NCBI GenBank assembly: GCA_002269645.1
Contig: NIVC01001415.1
Coordinates: forward strand, 1-64,000
Direction of reading: 5' to 3'
DNA length: 64,000 nt
DNA from: Macrostomum lignano
Lineage: Eukaryota
Shown here: piece by piece, positions 1 to 28,918 of the stretch
How positions within the stretch are numbered: position 1 is the first letter of the stretch
Layout of the letters: every line of letters begins with the position of its first letter
Position numbers and translations under genes: made by a program
The notes under the pieces: model-generated
Database searches by the model: none
What the model saw: only the letters and a program-made list of their open reading frames with translations
What the model was told of the DNA's origin: nothing

Positions 1-1174
1 AATCAAAGAGCCACCTCTACTGCCTGCTTACTCGAAAGTAGTGTACATTGAATATAATAATAATGCGAGCGTGACTAAATCTGACTCAGAGGGATTGTGG
101 CTCTGTGATTAGCAGGCGAATGTCCGCAACAGTCGCTCGCCATCCAGTTCCAACCCAAGTGGGTTTTAATTTCAACTATCAGAAAACCTCTTTGATCTGC
201 TGTCCCGCTTCTCGATTGCTAAATAGTTTCAAAAATAGAATTTAAAGGCGATGGAGTCAGCTGGGCAAACTGCGGGACAGTCGGGGTGCTGTCAGAGATC
301 TGGGGGTGCTGGGTGGGCAGCACGCGAGCACCCGCTGCCAGCCACCCAGCTCACTCCTCAGCAGAGCCTGCCGTGGGTCTGGTGTACGCAGTCACTCTTC
401 TCCGTCTCTCGCTTTTAATTCGGGAGAGACAGAGAAGCTGAAATCAAAATAATGGATGGAGAGCGCGCAGGCAAGCGGGTTGGAGGCGGTGGGGTGGCCG
501 ACCTGTGCCCAGCAATGCAGCAGCAGCAGCAGCGGTCTCAAAGACTGACCTGCTGCTCAGTTTAGCTCATTTGAGTAGAAAAACAGGCACGAAAGCTCGG
601 CAATGGCAGGCTTGGAGTAGCCAAATCTGCAGACCAGAGAGAACGCAAGGGACTCTGAAAGGTGAGCTGTTGTTTTTTTAGAATTCATTCGCCATCTGAT
701 TAGTAGGGAGATCTATCTCAGAGAAATTTTGGGAAAAGAAACTATTCGATCAGATTATTGTCTACTTAGGCTCTAAAAGTGGAGATTTATTGTCAACTTA
801 CTGCGACGAAATCTCACAGGATCACACGGGATTTCTCAGAATTTTGCCATTCTCAAATGTCAGTCTGAGGAGGTCTGCAATAAGCCTGCTTTAAACATAT
901 TCCCTGAGACTGCCCAGGATCCAGAACTGTGATCGCCTTGAGTAGCTTTAGAGTTGACATTCAATCAAAATTTTATCCTCAAAACTCAGTAAAAGTCCTT
1001 GGACGTCTTTGGGTTTCTAATCGATTGTCCCTGCTAGTTTTCCACTGCAGTCGGTTCCGTCTAGAGCTGAACCTGGGGGTCCATTCCGGTTCTCATTATA
1101 ACACCCTTAGATCTACCCTGTTGCTGTAAAGCTGAAGGCTGATTGGGTAGTTTGCGTTGGCTCACAAGTACTCT

Positions 1175-3101
1175 CTGACATGCGGATATTGTTGCACTGA
1201 CATGCGGATATTGTTGCACTGACATGCGGATATTGTTGCACTGACATGCGGATACTGTCACACTGACATGCGGATATTGTTGCACTGACATGCGGATATT
1301 GTTGCACTGACATGCGGATATTGTTGCACTGACATGCGGATACTGTCACACTGACATGCGGATATTGTTGCACTGACATGCGGATATTGTTGCACTGACA
1401 TGCGGATACTGTCACACTGACATGCGGATATTGTTGCACTGACATGCGGATATTGTTGCACTGACATGCGGATATTGTTGCACTGACATGCGGATACTGT
1501 CACACTGACATGCGGATATTGTTGCACTGACATGCGGATATTGTTGCACTGACATGCGGATATTGTTGCACTGACATGCGGATATTGTTGCACTGACATG
1601 CGGATATTGTTGCACTGACATGCGGATACTGTCACACTGACATGCGGATACTGTCGCACTGACATGCGGATATTGTTGCACTGACATGCGGATATTGTTG
1701 CACTGACATGCGGATATTGTTGCACTGACATGCGGATATTGTTGCACTGACATGCGGATATTGTTGCACTGACATGCGGATATTGTTGCACTGACATGCG
1801 GATATTGTTGCACTGACATGCGGATACTGTCACACTGACATGCGGATATTGTTGCACTGACATGCGGATATTGTTGCACTGACATGCGGATACTGTCACA
1901 CTGACATGCGGATACTGTCGCACTGACATGCGGATACTGTCGCTCTGACATGCGGATATTGTTGCACTGACATGCGGATACTGTCGCACTGACATGCGGA
2001 TACTGTTGCACTGACATGCGGATACTGTCACACTGACATGCGGATACTGTCGCACTGACATGCGGATACTGTCGCTCTGACATGCGGATATTGTTGCACT
2101 GACATGCGGATACTGTCGCACTGACATGCGGATACTGTTGCACTGACATGCGGATATTGTTGCACTGACATGCGGATATTGTTGCACTGACATGCGGATA
2201 CTGTCACACTGACATGCGGATACTGTCGCACTGACATGCGGATACTGTCGCTCTGACATGCGAATACTGTCGCTCTGACATGCGGATATTGTTGCACTGA
2301 CATGCGGATATTGTTGCACTGACATGCGGATATTGTTGCACTGACATGCGGATATTGTTGCACTGACATGCGGATATTGTTGCACTGACATGCGGATATT
2401 GTTGCACTGACATGCGGATACTGTCGCACTGACATGCGGATACTGTTGCACTGACATGCGGATACTGTCACACTGACATGCGGATACTGTCGCACTGACA
2501 TGCGGATACTGTCGCTCTGACATGCGGATATTGTTGCACTGACATGCGGATACTGTCGCACTGACATGCGGATATTGTTGCACTGACATGCGGATATTGT
2601 TGCACTGACATGCGGATATTGTTGCACTGACATGCGGATACTGTCACACTGACATGCGGATACTGTCGCACTGACATGCGGATACTGTCGCTCTGACATG
2701 CGAATACTGTCGCTCTGACATGCGGATATTGTTGCACTGACATGCGGATACTGTCGCACTGACATGCGGATACTGTTGCACTGACATGCGGATATTGTTG
2801 CACTGACATGCGGATATTGTTGCACTGACATGCGGATATTGTTTCACTGACATGCGGATACTGTCGCACTGACATGCGGATACTGTCGCACTGACATGCG
2901 GATACTGTCGCACTGACATGCGGATATTGTTGCACTAATATGCGGATATTGTTGCACTGACATGCGGATACTGTCGCACTGACATGCGGATTTTGTTGCA
3001 CTGACATGCGGATATTGTTGTACTGACATGCGGATTTTGTTGCACTGACATGCGGATATTGTTGTACTGACATGCGGATATTGTTGCACTGACATGCGGA
3101 T
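1175..3101. repeat. 22-bp minisatellite (CTGACATGCGGATATTGTTGCA and variants), ~87 copies
   Basis: Tandem unit read directly; variant ends TACTGTCACA, TACTGTCGCA, TACTGTCGCT. Confidence 0.97.
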
Positions 3102-4319
3102 GCCTACACCTTGTGTGCCTCTGCAACCTGCAGCCCTGCAGCCAATGGTCAGCGCTGTCGCCCTGATTGGCCCTGCCGCCCACTCTGCTGTGCACGTCCT
3201 GCACGGCCTTGGGCTGCAGCGGTCCCGGCTGCTCGCACTCAGACCGGGGCAGTCAATTGGATCTGGCTGGGCTCGCTTGGACTTTCAGCAGGAGAAAGAG
3301 GAGAGGCCGGACTGGGCGGCGGGGAGAGAGAGAGTCAAACGGTCGCTGATTCCCGCACGCCCTTCATAAGCGCAATGCTTGAAACTTAGGCGCTGGCCGA
3401 AGCCCCCCGGAGACAATCCCGAATTCAAACATTTTCCCGTCGCATTCTCTTCCTTGCCTTGTCAGCGAAGCTTGGCGTCACCGCCCCGGGTGTCGCTTTC
3501 ACGCCTGGCGGTTTAGAAACTCTCAGCCTCTACCGACAAGGGCCTGAAGCAGGCGACGGACCCAATTCCCCCTCCCCCACACTCTTGGCTCTCTCCTTCA
3601 AGTTATTCCTTTCCCGCTTTCTTTTGTAAGTCCTCTCCCAGCTGACCGCCAAGTCAAGAGAAGAGCTTGCCTAGTTAGGCTAAAGATATTACAGTTAAAT
3701 GTCCTTCAGTGCGCCAGCAGCAGCCACAGCGAGCCAGTTATTGTGCTGCTAGGCGCGCTTCTGTGCCTCAACCTGGACGGATAGTCGTGGCAACTACTCA
3801 AAAAGTCAGGGAGGGTGTGACAAGATTCCAAGAACAGATCGGTCCTCCCGGATCCTGGCCGCACCTTGCGCTTCTGGCAACCGCTGAAACGTCAGAGGCA
3901 CTCCAGGATCCTTGAAGAATTCGGTCCGAGGAAAGTAAAGTAAACTTCATGCCGCCAAGGAAGGTGTAAACCCGCAGGCAGGTAAGACGTGGCATCATTT
4001 TCTAGTGGGTCTGGGAAATCAAAAATTGCGCTGAAAGAAATGGAAAGTGACGAGAGGCGCGGCTTGCGACTGGCGACCCGGCGAAAGGCAGCTGGAAGAA
4101 ATTCAGCCAATGTACTTTTTTATAACCCGGGCCTGCGACCGGGCACTGCGCACGCCTGCGCATTCCTTTATATCTGCGAGCCCCCGCCTTCGAACTGCCC
4201 TCTCTCCTCTCCCCCTCTTGATGAATGCACCAATTTCTTACAGGTGAAAGGCAAAGAACTGTCCAGCTGGAAAACTTTCCATGGAAAAGTGGTTTGGCCT
4301 AAGCTGAGAGTGCCTGGAT

Positions 4320-4968
<649 letters not shown>

Positions 4969-5334
4969 AAAAATGCTAACAAACCCTGGGAATTCGGAGC
5001 CCATACAATAAGCCAGAAGACAATGGTCTGCACACCTTCAATTCCAATTGAGTGCCCATGGGGCAAACTCTGCCTGAAGTCTCTATCTAGGGATTATTCT
5101 TCCCACCGGTACTAAAACCAAAATTTTTACATCCCGGTGTTTGCGTTTCCAGCAGCAGCAGATGCCCGCATGTTTGCCCAGCCATCAATAACTTTCGCTG
5201 CCTGCAGGAGGGCCGAGCAGGCAGCTGGTGGCCAGCGAACATCGGGCAAATTGGTGAAAAGTCCAACTTTTTTTAAACAAAAGCGAGCTCACAGAGCTGT
5301 ATGGTGCTGGATTAGTCAGGATTCTGTGTTAGAG

Positions 5335-5670
5335 GAGAGCTGGAGTGTGTCAGACACAAGTCTGCAGTGTCAGATGAGAGCTGGAGTGTGTCAGACACAA
5401 GTCTGCAGTGTCAGATGAGAGCTGGAGTGTGTCAGACACAAGTCTGCAGTGTCAGATGAGAGCTGGAGTGTGTCAGACACAAGTCTGCAGTGTCAGATGA
5501 GAGCTGGAGTGTGTCAGACAGAAGTCTGCAGTGTCAGATGAGAGCTGGAGTGTGTCAGACACAAATCTGCAGTGTCAGATGAGAGCTGGAGTGTGTCAGG
5601 CACAAGTCTGCAGTGTCAGATGAGAGCTGCAGTGTGTCAGACACAAAAGTGCGAGTCAGATGAGAGCTGG
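5335..5670. repeat. 41-bp minisatellite (GAGAGCTGGAGTGTGTCAGACACAAGTCTGCAGTGTCAGAT), ~8 copies
   Basis: Period of 41 (TGGAG at 5341 and 5382). Confidence 0.95.
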
Positions 5671-6148
5671 ATCATGACAGCAGTTCTAAATAATATTTAA
5701 GCAGATATGGTTTTCCCAACAAGCGCTAATCGCGCCTTCTCACACGATTTCAACTGGAAAGCGTTGGGAGAATTTTTCAATTTTTTATTTCACTCCCAAC
5801 AACTGCATGGCGAACGGTTCTGAAGGGAAGTGCATGCTACCGAAATTCTGCATTTTCAGCCAGCCAGTGTCAAGTTTCTGCAGTTTCCGGGTGAGAAATC
5901 TGCGATTCCGCTGGCCTTGTTGAGCTTGCCCCCCTCCCCCCCCCCGACAGCCCAACACTGGCGCGTCAGTTGCCATGACAGCAGTTGTCATGACACCTGA
6001 GTCGTGGGGCGACCCCTCGTGCCGGCGAGGGAGTTTTGGAGGCTGAGAAGTTTTCTAAAGCATTTTTAAAGTTATTGTGGATGGGTGCGCGCGAAGTTGA
6101 TCGGATATCAATTCTTTGTTATCTTTGCTTTGTTGTTGCTGTTTTTTG

Positions 6149-6718
6149 TAGTGTCTGCCGTAGTGTCTGCCTTAGTGTCTGCCGTAGTGTCTGCCTTAGT
6201 GTCTGCCGTAGTGTCTGTCTTAATGTCTGCCTTTGTGTTTGTCTTAGTGTCTGCCTTTGTGTTTGTCTTAGTGTCTGCCGTAGTGTCTGCCTTAGTGTCT
6301 GCCTTAGTGTCTGCCTTAGTATCTGCCTTAGTGTCTGCCGTAGTGTCTGTCTTAATGTCTGCCTTTGTGTTTGTCTTAGTGTCTGCCTTTGTGTTTGTCT
6401 TAGTGTCTGCCGTAGTGTTTGTCATAGTGTCTGCCGTAGTGTCTGCCTTAGTGTCTGCCTTAGTGTCTTCCTTAGTGTCTGCCTTTGTGTCTGTCTTAGT
6501 GTCTGCCTTTGTGTTTGTCTTAGTGTCTGCCGTAGTGTCTGTCTTAGTGTCTGCCTTGTCTGTCTTAGTGTCTGCCTTAGTGTCTGCCTTTGTGTCTGTC
6601 TTAGTGTCTGCCTTTGTGTTTGTCTTAGTGTCTGCCGTAGTGTCTGTCTTAGTGTCTGCCTTGTCTGTCTTAGTGTCTGCCTTAGTGTCTGCCTTAGTGT
6701 CTGCCGTAGTGTCTGCCT
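6149..6718. repeat. 12-bp minisatellite (TAGTGTCTGCCT family)
   Basis: Tandem unit; related TTAGTGTCTG-containing arrays at 39658-41580 and 54509-55165. Confidence 0.93.
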
Positions 6719-6878
6719 GTTTTTCTTATTGTCTGTCTGCCGCAATTCCGCTATTCTCCCTATACATTTCAATTAAAAAGCGCTTCATCACTTTCAGTCA
6801 CTCAGTCGCGCCATTGGCTGGCAAAGCAGCAGAAGCAGCAGCCGGGCAGCAGCAGAGCTCGGGCCGCCGCAGGGGGGA

Positions 6879-24409
<17,531 letters not shown>

Positions 24410-24725
24410 ACGAATACGAGTATCATCAATGCTCAATGATGATATGGCTATTTTTCAGTTAAATACGCCTTGCCGCTACCACAAACCCCTGCACTGACTC
24501 TTTGATTGCAGTAAGCTGTTGTGAATTTTCGTGCACACCATTTTATGCCGTACATTTTACAGCAAGGGCTGTAGGGAGAGCTGTTTGGGCAGCGATTCAA
24601 ACACTGTAGGGCTTAGGAATCCGCCTAGAGAAAAGTGCCAGTACGGACTAATGTACATACAAAATGCCGAGCAGCTTCTGATGTGCAGTACACAGTGTAC
24701 AGTATACCATATAATTTACATGATT

Positions 24726-25096
24726 GGGGGGGGGATAGCTCAGTAGTCTAACGCGGCGCTCTGATGTGCCAGCGGCCCAGGCTCGATTCCAAATGCGGCA
24801 CATTAATTTGGGGCTAAATTGGAATGTCGGCTTGGCTCTGCTCGTGCAATTAACGCACTTGAGGGCCAACCCCCAAGGCTCAGTGAAGTGTACATGCCTA
24901 ACGATAAATACATGTAAAGCTAGGGCTCCTGGACCTGGACACTCCTGTGTGAGTGTGCACTTGTGCGTATGACTGTGCACTTGTGCTCTCAGTGGAGTCG
25001 GCGGAATGGGCAGTAATGCCTCTCGCCTGTGGTGTGACAATGTCGCTTTAAGTGTGCCAGGAAGCACACAGCCCACTGGCCTGTGTCTAATAAAAA
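24726..25096 (+). mobile_element. tRNA-derived SINE, copy 1
   Basis: Pol III A-box-like TAGCTCAGTAG and B-box-like GGCTCGATTCC in a tRNA-like head, unique body, AATAAAAA tail. A homologous copy lies in reverse at 52118-52478. Confidence 0.82.
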
Positions 25097-28000
25097 GTGG
25101 ACACAAACAGCTGTTGCAGTATTGATTACTATTATTGTTATTACTAGGCTCTACGAGCGAAGCGACAATCATAAACATACTCAATTCTCAATATATTAAC
25201 TCTGTGGCGTGCCATGCGTCTAATTGAATACCATATTAAGTTTATGAGCCTCTTTAAAGGTGACCCAACAAAAGGTGCGCATTTATGCTCTTGAAGCCCT
25301 CGTTGATCATCGTCTGTAGTTAAGCTGAGGCTTGGCCTTTTTTGTTACATGTAGTAGCAGTTTATTCTTGAATATCTACTCAACAGGCTGATTTTGAGCC
25401 ATCAGCATCCACCGATTGTACTCACTAGTTCGCAGTTACTTTGCCTATACGCAAGCTTGGAGTCCGCCAGGATTCCCAATTACTGTTTAAACATCTCAAA
25501 GTTTTTGTATTGTAGATTTTACTATAAGCTGATCCCCTCTTGCTCAAACTGTTGCATCCCAAAGTCTGCACGGAACTTTCTGAACCAATGCATCGCCCGG
25601 CATTGCATGCCATATATTGTCGTTTCTAGCATATTATAAATACACATGTAAATGTTGTTCTGGGCCATCGTGGATCGAGTGAAGCTCTAACATTACGAGA
25701 TACAGATACTAAACGTCCTAAAATGAGCTTTTAGTTACTTGGTTACAGAACTTTTTTGACTTAACGTTATTACATGTACATGTAAAAGTTGGACTTTGAC
25801 AGTAACATTTTGAATTACAATTCTTTATTGCACGTACATCGATCTCTAGTTTAGCTAGGAGACAAAAAGTTATACTTTAAAAGTTTGATCTGGTTCTAGA
25901 ACCAGAACAAGCAATATGAAAAGGCCCAGTGTCGTATCGGACAAGCTTGTGCCGACATAGTGTTGAAGCAGGACGGTTAAACTTTTGAATGAACAGATTT
26001 AACCGTTGGCAGATTTACCCACACAATACGAGATTAAAAATCTTATCTGTAAAAGCAAAGTGTAATACATTGTTAAATTTCGACTTACCAATAATAAAAT
26101 ATATTTCTTTTGTCAAAGTAGGCCTATTCAAGTTCAATTGCATTTGTAACAAATAATTGATAAATAATTGAAAAATCTCTATAATTTATATATAAGGACA
26201 GATACGTCTAAGGCAAAACCGTAGCCCTAACCATAACCATAATGATCACATAATATTAAACCTTAACCTAAACAGAGACATAAAGATATCGGGTATATCG
26301 AGTTGACTGAGAAAAATTTGAAAGCAATGATACCCGGTTTTTAAAAAATTCGTTAAAACAATATTTTGATAGTTTTGTGCTACAAAATTAATTAATTAAA
26401 TTAACTTTGTTAAAGCTATAAAACTTATAATTATACCAAGACGTTTCTATCGCATTAAATAGCTAAAGCTCTTGAATTTTTTCAAATTTATTGTGTTTCT
26501 GCTTTGTTGACAATTTGATGGAAAACATGAAGAATTAATTTGATGAGATTGTTGAACTTTTTTACTGATGATGTTAAAGATTTAATTCTCTTATGAATCG
26601 ATGACTAAGCCTACATGTTCTAAAGACAGCTATTTCAGTGCAAGACAAGAGATGATCAGTGCGCATTGGCATTATGCAACGCCTTCAGCGTCTTTCACAG
26701 TATAGTTTTAGGTAGGGGCTAATCCCCTAGTCCCCTGAGCCTTGGCTAGGCCTAGCCTAAGAAAAAATGTATTTATAATTCATTGCTGTATTATGCCTAT
26801 CGCATTTGCAATATTTGCCACTTTGGCGCATTATTATAGCATTTTTTTGCTTAAGCACATTTTGGTATAATATTTCATCCTGCCTTTTTTAGGCCTAGTC
26901 CATTCCATTTGACCCTTTCTACTTTAACTAGGCCTAACACAGTAATATCATTGATTTTTCTCTACTCTACCCTTCCTGCCTTCCAATTTTCCACTAGGTG
27001 GCCTAGGCTGATTATTTTATAATATTTAAACAGGACCTTAAAAAACTCAATTAAGCCTTAAGGGGCCTAGTTCAATTTCAAATATATTCAAATTCAATAC
27101 AATAGGCATAGGCCTATAGAGCAAATTAGGCCTATACAAAATTGAAAAAGAAAAAGTACTTTGAGGCCTAGCCTAGGTCAATACAAAAAGCTATATATAA
27201 ATAGATATAATTTTTGTGTCATTTGAAAGTATTTAAAATGATTTTCTTAAAAAAGAACTTAAACTCCTATAATCAATTTTGATTTAATATTTCAAGAGAT
27301 ATATGTATTTAGAATAAAGAGGAAAATCAATCATAGACTTATTGAACCCATAGACAAAATGACACATATAAGCTATCTAGTCAAATAATCTAGCTTTATG
27401 CCTTTAGTAAGCAATCAAGCAATCAAGGAACCTAACAAAGTTAGTTTGGTATGATTTATCTAGGCCTATCTTTTGTCAACACTTGTAAACTATAGAATTT
27501 AGCTAGGCAATCTAGTCTAGTTTACTAGCAATTTTATTTAAAGATATTTGGCAATAAGGCTTAGTCTTCACTCTTTATTCGTTAAGTCAAGAATATGATT
27601 CATTAGTTAGACTAATATTATAGATCTTTTTATGCTTGACATAGGCCTATCATTTATAGTTCTTATAGACTTTAACTTTTTTTACTTATATATTAAATAT
27701 TATTTTACAGATAGAATAGTTACCATATATAGTGTAGAGTTGCTTCTGACTATTAGGCCTAGCTAGTGCATTGGAGCTTCAAAGTCTAATATATAATTGC
27801 TATTTATTATCTTATATTATAATTGCATAGAAGGGTTTAAAAATATGAAAGGTTATAATAAATTAATATTGCCATTAAAGTTCTACTATAAACAATTTTT
27901 ACCTATGTCTAATTATATCTACTAGCTATATCTCAATTTGTATATAATACACCTATATCTATATCTTTATCTATAGCTTCTATTCTAGTAACTTTCTTGC

Positions 28001-28918
28001 TATGCTTGCAATATGCCACTAGCTAGCAATACTTGGCAAAAATTTCATAGATGGGACACTTGGAATTCTTGATATTGGCTATTATAATTAAAAGAATGTA
28101 GCTGTGACTAGTGTTCTATAGGCACTCTATGCCTATTAATATGGCTATTAACTTGATTTTTTTATTGTTTTTCTATTTTCTTCCCTCTTTTTCTTCTTTT
28201 GCCTATTCTCTCTTTCCCCTCTCCCTTCTTTTTTCCTTTCTTTCCTCTTCAATAGGATTCATCTAACTTAAGCCTTCACTATCCCAACCACAATGTACAA
28301 GCTTTAAAACTAGAAACATTTATTGATTTTGGAAAATTTTATATTGCTTTACTCCTATCTATCAAACCAATGGCTCTAATGATCTTTCAAGTCTTAAGTC
28401 TTCTAAGTTTATTGATTGTCCTAGATATGAAAATATATTTCCCATAACTATATCCATATCAATATTTCTGTCTAAAACTCTCCATAATTTCCTATAGCTA
28501 CATCTATAGCTACAGTGGAACTCTAATTGCTATGCATTTGTAGTTTATAGGCATGATGTGGACAGTGATAGTTAAAATTTGAGTCCCTAAACATGCCCTT
28601 GATTGGTTGATACAGTGATACACACAGTATTTATAAAGCTTGATTGACTAGCTACTACTAGTTCATTCGCTATTGGTAATAATATACTAATATAGCATTT
28701 ATTTTAATGGACACAAAAGACAGAATTAAAATATTGTGTTTCTTTAGAAAAGGTCTTCTACTTTTATGCAAACAGTGACAGTAGAAAATTTATCATTTTG
28801 GAACTAAGAGTTATTGCCATAAATATCATTGCCTATTTAATCAGAACCAATGATCAGAACATTTAAAGATGTCTAAAACTTTTATTCATGTAAAGTTTCA
28901 TGTCCCAAACAGGCTGAA

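Noticed and set aside
1113-3095. Long ORFs such as MSVQQYPHVSATISACQ.., and similar repetitive ORFs over other arrays (LSIY, VSAL, GIPSSNWGF, LNPPKQL and others)
   Set aside because: They are translations of tandem repeats, open in several frames or on both strands, and lie in introns or intergenic DNA of the spliced gene models.
24726-24800. Possible tRNA gene
   Set aside because: A and B boxes are present but there is no complete cloverleaf or acceptor stem. The sequence continues into a ~300-bp body shared with the copy at 52118-52478, so it is a SINE head.
26220-26275. Degenerate CCTAAC/CATAAC repeats as a telomere remnant or Helentron-like element
   Set aside because: Only a few imperfect units, with no definable element boundaries.
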